Part shown: piece after piece, positions 19,594-28,576 of the stretch
How the letters are laid out: every line of letters begins with the position of its first letter
How positions within the stretch are numbered: the stretch's first letter is position 1
Assembly: GCA_963722075.1 (NCBI GenBank)
Contig: CAVRJM010000001.1
Coordinates: forward strand, 1,300,690 to 1,364,689
From: Candidatus Babeliales bacterium
Lineage (GTDB): Bacteria > Babelota > Babeliae > Babelales > JANWKD01
Length of the DNA stretch: 64,000 nucleotides
Direction: 5' to 3'
Notes under the pieces: model-generated
Seen by the model: only the letters and a program-made list of their open reading frames with translations
Told to the model about the DNA's origin: nothing
The model's database searches: none
Position numbers and translations under genes: made by a program

Positions 19594-20329
19594 TTCAGTT
19601 CACAATGAAGAAATAAAGGCAATAGTAAAATTACATACGGTAAAAGGACGTAAAGAACAAAAGCGCTTTTTTGCCGAAGGGTATACCGTATGTGCTACGT
19701 TAATTGCTGCTGGTTATAAACCACTGCAGGTATACAGCACCGAATTACTCTTACCCCAGGCACAGCAACTAGCAGGCGTGCGGTTCATAACCGTTGTTGA
19801 TTCCATAGTGCTCGCCAAAATGTCGGCAGCGCAAACGCCAAGCGGTATTTTATCAGTATTTTCATTGCCATCAATGCCCGAACCAGCATTATTAAGTGCT
19901 GGCATAGTGCTCTATAATGTTACCGATCCGGGTAATATGGGTACCTTATTAAGAACATGCGCAGCCATGGGCAAAAAAACTGCCGTAATAATAGAGGGTG
20001 CCGATCCTTGGAGCCCTAAAGTGGTACAAGCATCAGCGGGAACGCTTGGTTTATTAGATATTTTTGAACTGAGTTGGCCGTTGCTAAAGATGCACCAGCG
20101 GGATTTGCAATTGCATGCATTGGTATGCAAGGGCGGCAAAACAATTGATAAAAAGACACAGGATAATATACTATTTCTTGTAGGCAATGAAGCACAGGGG
20201 ATTCCTGAACATATTGTTCAAGAATGTGATCAACAAATTACCTTAGAAATGCCGGGTAAGATTGATAGTTTAAATGTTGCTGTTGCGGGTTCCATTGCGT
20301 TATATTTAGCATGGTACACTTCTTCATAG
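19580..20329 (+). CDS. TrmH/SpoU-family RNA 2'-O-methyltransferase
   Basis: DPGNMGTLLRT, GNEAQGI, SLNVAVAGSI SPOUT motifs. Confidence 0.93.
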   Translation: MKKISSVHNEEIKAIVKLHTVKGRKEQKRFFAEGYTVCATLIAAGYKPLQVYSTELLLPQAQQLAGVRFITVVDSIVLAKMSAAQTPSGILSVFSLPSMPEPALLSAGIVLYNVTDPGNMGTLLRTCAAMGKKTAVIIEGADPWSPKVVQASAGTLGLLDIFELSWPLLKMHQRDLQLHALVCKGGKTIDKKTQDNILFLVGNEAQGIPEHIVQECDQQITLEMPGKIDSLNVAVAGSIALYLAWYTSS

Positions 20330-20342
20330 TGAAAGGTATTTT

Positions 20343-20732
20343 ATGAACTATATTTTATTACTAATGAGTCTGGCAATAATGACTTCTTCGTTACAAGCAA
20401 TGAGATCTAAAGATGATACAAATCTTCCCAATAGAATTTACGGTAATAGCCGTGCAAATTCTGAAAATGAACCGCGTGTAGTAACGCTTCGTGTTTTATT
20501 AAATGCTAATACCCACAATATTACTATGCAAGATCGTGAATTATTAACCGATTCTCCTTATTTGGTGCGCCCTCTTACTCGAGCGCAGCCTATATCAATG
20601 CAGTATAGATTACCATGGATTCCGGGTACCCATTACAGGTCATTAGAAGATTGTTGTTGGTTAGGATTTTATTGTAGTGCTGCTGCAGGAATCGTGGGAA
20701 TGGCATATTTAGCTTCGATGTTTGGTCAATAA
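20343..20732 (+). CDS. Hypothetical secreted protein with C-terminal TM anchor
   Basis: Signal peptide SSLQA then MRS; tail CCWLGFYCSAAAGIVGMAYLASMFGQ. Confidence 0.7.
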   Translation: MNYILLLMSLAIMTSSLQAMRSKDDTNLPNRIYGNSRANSENEPRVVTLRVLLNANTHNITMQDRELLTDSPYLVRPLTRAQPISMQYRLPWIPGTHYRSLEDCCWLGFYCSAAAGIVGMAYLASMFGQ

Positions 20733-20769
20733 AATGTCACACAACTACTATTTGGATGCAATATAAATA

Positions 20770-22071
20770 ATGGGTGGACATCATAAGTTATCATTTTGGA
20801 CTGCCGTATTAGTTAATTTGAATGTAATGTTTGGTGCAGGCATATTCATTAATACTATATCGGTGGCCAAACAGGCAGGTTTTTTGGGATTCATAAGCTA
20901 TTTGGTAGTAGCAATTCTTCTTATTCCCTTAATCATAGGTATGAGTCGTTTAATTGCGCTTTTTCCTAATGGGGGCTTTTATGGGTATGGTGCCCATACC
21001 ATTAGCAAGGGCGTTGGTTTTTTTAGTGCATGGGCTTATTTTACTGGTAAATTAGCATCAGCGGCATTACTGGTTCATGTATTTTCAACGTTGATAGTAT
21101 CATTATTTCCCGGGTACCTAGGAATATCAACTATTGCTCTTGATAGTATTATTATTTGTTTGTTTGCATGGCTCAATTTGCATCATATGAAAACAGGCAG
21201 AGCAATTATGTATACCTTTATGGTTTTCAAAGTAGTGCCTATTCTCTTTGCTATTTTGAGTTGCCTTTATTTATATTCGTATTGGTCGGTGCCGGCCGAT
21301 TTATTCTTATGGTCGGGAATACCTTATGCCATTCCATTGGTAATATTTGCTTTTACTGGTTTTGAAGTATGTTGTTCGTTAAGTAGTTCAATTGAAAATG
21401 CACAAAAAAATGGACCACGCATTATTTTTTTAACGTATGGCTTAGTCGTTTGTACCACTATCATATATCAATTTTTTATGTTTCTTACCGCGGGTTCTTC
21501 TTTAATGGGTCAAGAAAGCTATTTAGGGGTTTTCCCAACACTATTGAGTTTATTATTTGCTGATAATTCTCTATTGGTGCAGCATGGTACGCACATCATT
21601 CATGTTGCAATAGCGTGCGCTTCCCTGGGCGGAAGTTATGGCATATTATTTAGCAATCACTGGAATTTATATGCACTTGCTGAGCATAACCATACTTTTT
21701 TCCCTCAAATACTTACCACTCTTAATAGTTATTCAATTCCGTTCTATTGCATACTAGTAGAAGCTATTCTTTGCATTTTTTATTTAGTGGTTACCCAAGC
21801 ATCAGTAGTGATATTACAACAGATTAGTGTGATGGGAAGTGTGCTTGCGTATACGATGAGCATGGTGGGACTTTTATATTTTAGCCGTACGCAGGATTCC
21901 TTCAATGGTCGTTATATAATATGGGGTGCCTTATTAAGCTGTTTATTATTTATAAGCTGTTGTGTAAGAAATTTTTATTATAATGGATTATATGCCTTTT
22001 ATTTTTTCACCATTATTTTAATTTTTGGCATTGGTATGTATTTAATTACCAAAAAGAAAGGTAGTGCGTGA
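20770..22071 (+). CDS. APC-family amino acid permease
   Basis: MFGAGIF in TM1, FAFTGFE in TM6, about 12 TM helices. Confidence 0.9.
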   Translation: MGGHHKLSFWTAVLVNLNVMFGAGIFINTISVAKQAGFLGFISYLVVAILLIPLIIGMSRLIALFPNGGFYGYGAHTISKGVGFFSAWAYFTGKLASAALLVHVFSTLIVSLFPGYLGISTIALDSIIICLFAWLNLHHMKTGRAIMYTFMVFKVVPILFAILSCLYLYSYWSVPADLFLWSGIPYAIPLVIFAFTGFEVCCSLSSSIENAQKNGPRIIFLTYGLVVCTTIIYQFFMFLTAGSSLMGQESYLGVFPTLLSLLFADNSLLVQHGTHIIHVAIACASLGGSYGILFSNHWNLYALAEHNHTFFPQILTTLNSYSIPFYCILVEAILCIFYLVVTQASVVILQQISVMGSVLAYTMSMVGLLYFSRTQDSFNGRYIIWGALLSCLLFISCCVRNFYYNGLYAFYFFTIILIFGIGMYLITKKKGSA

Positions 22072-23234
22072 AATGGCTCTTGTTATGCTTAAATATAACA
22101 ACTATTGTGTATGGCATGGAAATTGAGGATGATAAAAATACTCAAAGCGAATGCCAATTACCGGCTGAAATTTTTTGTCTTATTCAAAAACAAGTAAATA
22201 CGCGTCAGTACTATACTATTAAATATTCTCCTGATACAGAAATTTTTAGCCCTAATAATAATAAGCTGGGGATTATTTCTCATGCAAGGGATAACCAACG
22301 ATTTCAATTTACAAATTTTGTTCATTATTCACCTGGATTTAATGATATGGAAGACCCGGGTTCTAAAACGGGTTTTATAGTTCATCATGAATTAGTAAAA
22401 TTTCTATTTTTTGATGCTGGTTCTGGGGAGGCACATTTTGATGGTCCAAATGATGCTAATACATTTTTACTGAGTAATCCTATAAAAAATAGCAATGGAA
22501 TCGTAGGTTATAATATTTTTATGGCTTTTATAAAAAATAAGGATCAACGTAAAAAAATGCATCAGGATTGTTGGGATCGTTATTGCGATACATTTGATAA
22601 CGCTATATTTAGGTGTGGATCTTTAACCGCTTTAGCATTATATAACAAGGACAATATAATTGCTTGTGCTGATAATTATGATTTAGACAAAAAGATAGCT
22701 CTTTATGATTCAACGGGAATCTTAATTACAGAAAGTGTTCTGCCTAAAAAGTATGGACTTTTAAAAAAGTTATCATTTTTAACTCATCGTACTTTGTTTG
22801 GATTAACGCAAAAAGGGCGATTGATTACTGTAGCGTTTCATGAAGCCTCGGGTACCTTAACTATCCATAAACAAAGAATAAAAGCAAACAATACCAAAGT
22901 TAAAGTACAAAATTTTGCGGTGGATCCGTGCCATCTTGGGCAATTACTGTTGCTCCTGGAAGATAATCGGTTGTTTTTAGTGAACATTAAAAAACCTGCT
23001 ATTGAATCCTTTTATATATTAAATACTGGTCCAATAGAAAACCTCTGGTTTTATAATGATAAAGTTGGGTATCTAGAAAAAGATTCAATTAAAGATAATA
23101 AAGCGACGTTTGTTACCTTTGATCTGTATCAATTTGTTAATGAACATGAGGTTAATAATAAGCATGCTAATGAATATTTGACTAAATTGGTAGAAAAATT
23201 TATAGATGATGATAGAAATAGAAAACATAACTAA
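22068..23234 (+). CDS. Secreted orphan protein with F-box-like start and beta-rich body
   Basis: GTG start coupled to the permease; signal peptide then MEI; QLPAEIFCLIQ; propeller-like strands. Confidence 0.6.
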   Translation: MKWLLLCLNITTIVYGMEIEDDKNTQSECQLPAEIFCLIQKQVNTRQYYTIKYSPDTEIFSPNNNKLGIISHARDNQRFQFTNFVHYSPGFNDMEDPGSKTGFIVHHELVKFLFFDAGSGEAHFDGPNDANTFLLSNPIKNSNGIVGYNIFMAFIKNKDQRKKMHQDCWDRYCDTFDNAIFRCGSLTALALYNKDNIIACADNYDLDKKIALYDSTGILITESVLPKKYGLLKKLSFLTHRTLFGLTQKGRLITVAFHEASGTLTIHKQRIKANNTKVKVQNFAVDPCHLGQLLLLLEDNRLFLVNIKKPAIESFYILNTGPIENLWFYNDKVGYLEKDSIKDNKATFVTFDLYQFVNEHEVNNKHANEYLTKLVEKFIDDDRNRKHN

Positions 23235-23316
23235 ATGTCATTTAATAAAATTTATTTAGCTAAAAAGGTTATTTTGTTTCTTATTCACTTATCTTGATCG
23301 AAGAATTTTACGTTAC

Positions 23317-24381
23317 CTATCTGATCTTGAGCGTCAGCAAAGCAAATAAGCACAAAATAAGCGAAATGATACCAAATCGCACCGTAATTTTAGATTCTTG
23401 CCACCCTAATAATTCAAAATGATGATGAAGGGGGGCCATTTTAAAAATGCGCTTACCAAAATATTTAAATGATACTACTTGCATAATAACTGATACGGTT
23501 TCCATCACAAAAAGACCGCCTGAAATTACTAAGAGCAGTTCTTGTTTTGCAAGAATAGCCATAAGAGCTAATGCGCTTCCCAGTGCTAATGATCCGACGT
23601 CTCCCATAAATATTTGTGCTGGATAGGTATTGTACCACAAAAATCCTAATGAGGCGCCTACTAATGCGCAACCAATGATGGTAATTTCTGAAGAATGTGC
23701 GTACGGAATATGTAGGTAATAGGCCAATAAAAAATGGCCAGCAATGTAGCAAATTAAGGAATAGAGCGCAAAATTAGGAATCAATGAACCGATGGCAAGT
23801 CCATCCAAGCCGTCAGTTAAATTTACGGCATTACACATGGCAACTAAAATGAAGGCAACCCAAGCGATATAAAAATAACCAAGATCAATAGTGAGATTTT
23901 TAAAAAACGGGAAACTGATAAAAGCTTGGTTGGGGTTATGAGCATAAAGGCAGATAGCTATAATAAGCGCAAATGTTATTTGTAGTAGAAATTTGCTACG
24001 AGCCGATATTCCTTTCTTTCGCTTAATTTTGAACCAATCATCTAAAAAGCCAATGATACCAAATCCTGTGATGCAGGCCAAAAACAGTAATACCGTATAC
24101 TGAAGCAGATTACACCATAATAAGGATGAGAAAATAACCGTGGCAATAATAAATATACCCCCCATAGTGGGCATATTGTTTTTAATTTTATGTGCCTCGG
24201 GTGTCCATTCTCGTACGTTAGTGCGAAAAAATTGTTGAGACTTATTAATAAACCAATTACCAAAGATAAATGAAAAAAAAAGGGAGGTAAGGAGTGCTGC
24301 TATGGCACGAAAACTAACATAATGAATAACATTAAAAATGGAAAAAGTATGTTTTAGATAATTTGATAAATGATATATCAT
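23317..24381 (-). CDS. mraY: Phospho-N-acetylmuramoyl-pentapeptide transferase
   Basis: PTMGG, GFLDD, NAVNLTDGLDGLA, FMGDVGS, MAPLHHHFE. Confidence 0.97.
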   Translation of the reverse strand: MIYHLSNYLKHTFSIFNVIHYVSFRAIAALLTSLFFSFIFGNWFINKSQQFFRTNVREWTPEAHKIKNNMPTMGGIFIIATVIFSSLLWCNLLQYTVLLFLACITGFGIIGFLDDWFKIKRKKGISARSKFLLQITFALIIAICLYAHNPNQAFISFPFFKNLTIDLGYFYIAWVAFILVAMCNAVNLTDGLDGLAIGSLIPNFALYSLICYIAGHFLLAYYLHIPYAHSSEITIIGCALVGASLGFLWYNTYPAQIFMGDVGSLALGSALALMAILAKQELLLVISGGLFVMETVSVIMQVVSFKYFGKRIFKMAPLHHHFELLGWQESKITVRFGIISLILCLFALLTLKIR

Positions 24382-24454
24382 AGTAAGCTTTCAAAATTAA
24401 TATTTTTTGGTTTACAAAATTACTCAAAGCTTAATAATAAGGCTTAAGAATGAT

Positions 24455-24654
24455 GTCGTTGCGAGCTTGTCGAAGCAATCCAGGTTCATTTAATATTTGG
24501 TAATTTATTCTTGTTTACTGGATCCTTACACTCCGTTCAGGATGACATTCACAAGCCTCCCCGTCATTCTGAGGCCTTTGGCCGTAAGAATCCAGTGATA
24601 AAATGATTTCTAATAATAATCAAGCCTGGATTGCTTCGCAGGCTCGCAACGACA
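24455..24654. repeat. Family-A repeat tetramer, alternating orientation
   Basis: Copies at 24455-24484 (+), 24518-24547 (-), 24563-24596 (+), 24625-24654 (-). Confidence 0.92.
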
Positions 24655-24944
24655 TTTCTTTGGAAATTGTATATCCTTTGAGCAAAATTTCTTTCGTATT
24701 TAAATAAGCAAAGCTCAATGTGCTTTTAGTTCTCATTATAGCAATTATTACAATTGTTGCTGCGGATATTTAAAGAAAAGCGAGACATGGTCATATTTAT
24801 AATTTCTCTTTGGAAATAAATAATTTATTAATATGGCTAAAAGGGCTGTTGAATACCCCCTTTTGACAATAAAAGTGAGCTATTTAAACTATTAAGTATG
24901 CTAGTTTCATCTACATAAGATATGATATCGGAGGAAAACTAACT

Positions 24945-25385
24945 ATGAAATCGAGTTATTTAGGTAAAGCAGGAAAGTGTGGAGCGTTGTTTTTATTACT
25001 GTATGGTACTATACCATCCACCAACAAAGCAGTACCCATAGCAAGTACTGCTATGGTAACCTCAAGCAACGATGCGAAATCACCTGGCCAAGAATTTATT
25101 GCTGAACTGAGAAAGTTTTGCAATGACTTTAAGGATACCACTTCTTTTAGCAAGTTTTGCGTAAAACTTGTAACCTTTCTTGAACAATATGCAGCCGCTA
25201 TTAAAAATGAGTTTCCTACGCTTAGTATCCAGGAGCTTATAAAAGCACTCAAAGATGTTCAAAATAAAACTAGCTCTATGATGATAGGGTTTAAACTACA
25301 TCCGTTTTTTAAAGAATTACCACATGACCTGCAAGATGTTTCTAAATGGCGAGCGGCCCTGAACAGGCGGTTGTCTCTGCAATAA
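24945..25385 (+). CDS. Hypothetical secreted helical protein
   Basis: GGAGG RBS, upstream TTGACA-16-TAAACT, signal peptide. Confidence 0.7.
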   Translation: MKSSYLGKAGKCGALFLLLYGTIPSTNKAVPIASTAMVTSSNDAKSPGQEFIAELRKFCNDFKDTTSFSKFCVKLVTFLEQYAAAIKNEFPTLSIQELIKALKDVQNKTSSMMIGFKLHPFFKELPHDLQDVSKWRAALNRRLSLQ

Positions 25386-25458
25386 ATCTATTTCGATTAT
25401 GGATAAGGGGAAATGGAGGCCTTTTAACATCAATTGAAATCTTACGCTAGATACGATA

Positions 25459-25498
25459 CCATTATCTCTAGGAGAAATCTTAGGGATAATGGCTTTTT
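25459..25498 (+). terminator. Terminator hairpin overlapping the predicted mnmG promoter
   Basis: CCATTATCTCTAGGA-GAAA-TCTTAGGGATAATGG then CTTTTT; TTGAAA-17-TACCAT overlaps the left arm. Confidence 0.6.
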
Positions 25499-25509
25499 AG
25501 AATGATATC

Positions 25510-27315
25510 ATGGCAAAAACTGGTTCATATGATTTTGATGTAATAGTAGTAGGTGGTGGGCATGCTGGTATAGAAGCTGCTTATGCATCTGCTCGTTTAG
25601 GGTCAAAAACATTATTAATTACTTTAAATTTAGATCGTATTGGCTATATGCCGTGTAACCCTGCAATTGGCGGGGTGGGCAAAGGACATATTGTATTTGA
25701 AATTAGCGCCTTAGGCGGCTTAATGCCTAAATTATGTACGCAAACATATTTGCAAGCGCGTATGCTGAACACCAAAAAAGGGCCGGCGGTTCAAGGATTG
25801 CGATTACAAATTGATAAACATGCTTATAACGATCATGCCAAGCAAACATTAGAACGAACGGAAAATTTACAGATTATTTCTGGCATGGTTGAATCCTTAT
25901 TTCTTGATAATAAAGGTGCAATTTGCGGCGCCAAAACGCGTGAAGGGGTAGAATACAGTGCTGGTGCTGTTATTTTAACCACCGGTACGTTTTTAAATGG
26001 CGTGGTGCATATTGGCAAAAATAATTATTCTGCTGGTCGCCAAGGGGATGAAGCGGTTCCTCATTTAACATCATTTTTAAATAAATTGGGTTTAATAACC
26101 GGTCGATTAAAAACAGGAACACCACCGCGCTTATTGCGCTCAAGTATTGATTTTTCTCAATTAGATATGCAAGCGCCAGATAACTTGAATCATCTTTTTG
26201 AATTTCATCCGCATACCGTTACCAATAAGCGCGATTGCTTTATTGCGTATACTAATTCTAAAACCCATGAAATAATAAGAAAAAATTTACCTTTATCTGC
26301 CATGTATAGCGGCAATATTAAAGGTATTGGACCGCGTTATTGCCCGTCTGTTGAAGATAAAATTGCGCGCTTTCCTGATAAAACAGCGCATCATATTTTT
26401 GTAGAACCAGAAAGTGCTTCAAGTGATGAGATTTACCCAAACGGTATTTCTACTTCATTGCCATTACCGGTGCAACTTGAAATGGTACATTCGATTGTTG
26501 GATTTGAACAAGCGGTTATTGTGCGTCCTGGCTATGCGATTGAGTATGATTTTGTGCTTCCTGATCAATTATCCCATACATTAGAAGTTAAAAAAGTTCC
26601 CGGTCTTTTTTTGGCGGGTCAGATTAATGGCACTACCGGCTACGAAGAGGCGGCCGGCCAAGGAATTATGGCGGGAATCAATGCTCATTTGAAAGTACAT
26701 AGATTGGCGCCGTTTATACTTGATAGAAACCAAGGATATATTGGCGTTATGATCGATGATTTGGTTACCTTAGGTGTTGATGAACCATATCGTATGTTTA
26801 CTTCTCGTGCTGAACGGCGTTTAACATTGCGGCAGGATAATGTGTTTTTACGATTAGCTGACACCAGTTATAATTTAGGCCTTATTGATAAAACTATGTA
26901 CGAAGCTATTCAACAAGAAAAAGCTATTGTATCTGATACCATAACGCAACTTAAATCGGGAAAAAATAGCTGTGATATTTTGCAATTATTAGGCAATCAA
27001 GAAGAGCATAAACAGAAGCTTAATGAATTTACGGATGGCAAATTATCCAACCGATTACTAGAAACAATTTGGGCTGATATACGGTATGAGCCCTATTTAA
27101 AACGTGAAGAAAAAGAAATAGAAAAGTCAAAGGTATATCAAGAGTTGAATATTCCCGAAAGCTTTAATTATAGCATTATTCCCGGTCTTTCTACGGAGTT
27201 AAAACAAAAATTAACTAGGCATAAACCCAAAACAATTGCGCAAGCAATGCTTATTACGGGAATGACACCAGCGGCAATTTCGCTGCTTATCTTTAAGGTT
27301 CGAGAACATCAATAA
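25510..27315 (+). CDS. mnmG: tRNA uridine-5-carboxymethylaminomethyl modification enzyme
   Basis: VVGGGHAGIEAA, MPCNPAIGG, RLKTGTPPR, GPRYCPSVEDK, GQINGTTGYEEAAGQG, EPYRMFTSRAE. Confidence 0.98.
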   Translation: MAKTGSYDFDVIVVGGGHAGIEAAYASARLGSKTLLITLNLDRIGYMPCNPAIGGVGKGHIVFEISALGGLMPKLCTQTYLQARMLNTKKGPAVQGLRLQIDKHAYNDHAKQTLERTENLQIISGMVESLFLDNKGAICGAKTREGVEYSAGAVILTTGTFLNGVVHIGKNNYSAGRQGDEAVPHLTSFLNKLGLITGRLKTGTPPRLLRSSIDFSQLDMQAPDNLNHLFEFHPHTVTNKRDCFIAYTNSKTHEIIRKNLPLSAMYSGNIKGIGPRYCPSVEDKIARFPDKTAHHIFVEPESASSDEIYPNGISTSLPLPVQLEMVHSIVGFEQAVIVRPGYAIEYDFVLPDQLSHTLEVKKVPGLFLAGQINGTTGYEEAAGQGIMAGINAHLKVHRLAPFILDRNQGYIGVMIDDLVTLGVDEPYRMFTSRAERRLTLRQDNVFLRLADTSYNLGLIDKTMYEAIQQEKAIVSDTITQLKSGKNSCDILQLLGNQEEHKQKLNEFTDGKLSNRLLETIWADIRYEPYLKREEKEIEKSKVYQELNIPESFNYSIIPGLSTELKQKLTRHKPKTIAQAMLITGMTPAAISLLIFKVREHQ

Positions 27316-27328
27316 AAAAGGGTTCATT

Positions 27329-27538
27329 ATGAAATACCATCTTCCATTACTAACATTAATTTGTTGCTTGGTAGTAATGAGTCATAGTATGGATAATAGT
27401 AGGCAAGAGCGTGATAAAAGAAATCAAAAAGCTCAGGCAGAATGTCAGGCAAAGCGTAAAAAAAAACCTGACAGAACCGAAGAGGAACTAGCCCAAGATG
27501 CTATTTATATTGCAACTTTAAATTGTATTTTAATGTAA
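27329..27538 (+). CDS. Small secreted protein ending in CaaX box (CILM)
   Basis: Signal peptide then MDN; KRKKK basic patch; C-terminal CILM; spaced like an operon gene between mnmG and the next ORF. Confidence 0.65.
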   Translation: MKYHLPLLTLICCLVVMSHSMDNSRQERDKRNQKAQAECQAKRKKKPDRTEEELAQDAIYIATLNCILM

Positions 27539-27543
27539 AGTAA

Positions 27544-28206
27544 ATGATGATTAAAAAAAGATCTTTTTTTACCAGAAATAGTTTTTTTGTTTTTATTTTA
27601 ACCTTTTATAGCGTGCTTTTTATAGAATATGTTTTTACAACCAAAGAATTAGCAGCTTTAAAAATTGAAGAGGAGCTTAAAGAACAAGATGCAGTTCCGT
27701 TACTTGATGATTCCATTTTGACCATGGAGCCATTAAAGCCTAAAAATGAAGTAGTTGCCCTTACTCCAAGAAAAGAAGCAGTACCGGTAATAAAAACGGC
27801 ATCAAGTCTTACCATAGCACCAGAAAATAAAAAAAAACCTATAACGCAACAGCACGCTACTGATCATGAACGTATTGTTACCATATGCAATGATATTACT
27901 CAAGATATGGTTACCTATAAAAAACATTGGTCAGGCCATCATGCGCCGTCAAAATTTATAGTAAAAGTAAATGATCAAGAATTAAAAAAGGGCGTGCCGA
28001 CACCGGTGAAAGTGGTTGATGACAACGTGCGAATTTCTTATAGCTATGAATTTCGCGCCATGGGATGTGTGTATCGCACTGGTGGAAGAAATCTTGAATA
28101 TAAGATTCCAAAAAAAGTTGAACAATGTAGTTCAACTTTTTCCTGGGATGCCCCCCATAATTTGATTCTTGAGCATGGACAATTAGTTGCGGTTACTGAT
28201 TTTTGA
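27544..28206 (+). CDS. Hypothetical membrane-anchored protein
   Basis: N-terminal TM helix, P/K-rich linker, beta-rich C-terminal domain. Confidence 0.7.
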   Translation: MMIKKRSFFTRNSFFVFILTFYSVLFIEYVFTTKELAALKIEEELKEQDAVPLLDDSILTMEPLKPKNEVVALTPRKEAVPVIKTASSLTIAPENKKKPITQQHATDHERIVTICNDITQDMVTYKKHWSGHHAPSKFIVKVNDQELKKGVPTPVKVVDDNVRISYSYEFRAMGCVYRTGGRNLEYKIPKKVEQCSSTFSWDAPHNLILEHGQLVAVTDF

Positions 28207-28287
28207 ATAATTCTCTTATGTTTATAAAACTTTTATCGCTTACAAATGAGATCTACCTTGAGCCTTAGTGTAACGAATTGGAAAGAT

Positions 28288-28406
28288 GTCGTTGCGAGTT
28301 TACGAAGCAATCCAGGCTCATTTAAAGTTTTCTAGTTTGCTGATAAATTTTTTAATTGTTTAAATAATTGATATTTCTGGATTGCCGCGCTTCGCTCGCA
28401 ACGACA
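28288..28406. repeat. Family-A repeat doublet, ATCCAG ends facing
   Basis: GTCGTTGCGAGTTTACGAAGCAATCCAGG, 60-bp AT-rich spacer, CTGGATTGCCGCGCTTCGCTCGCAACGACA. Confidence 0.92.
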
Positions 28407-28576
28407 GCCTGTCTTTATTATTGTAATTTGAGGCAAATTTTTTTATACATTGCAAATAAGCTTCCAGAGAACCCATTAAATAAGTTTATTGAGTTTTTTC
28501 AGTAATATATGCTATTATTAAATTATCGATAAAAACAGCATATAAATAGCAAGAATCGCTTAAAAAATGAGAGGTT

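Noticed and set aside
24455-24654. Regularly spaced ~30-bp repeats resembling a CRISPR array (also 43126-43293)
   Set aside because: Copies alternate in orientation, differ in sequence and have uneven gaps; no cas genes in the window
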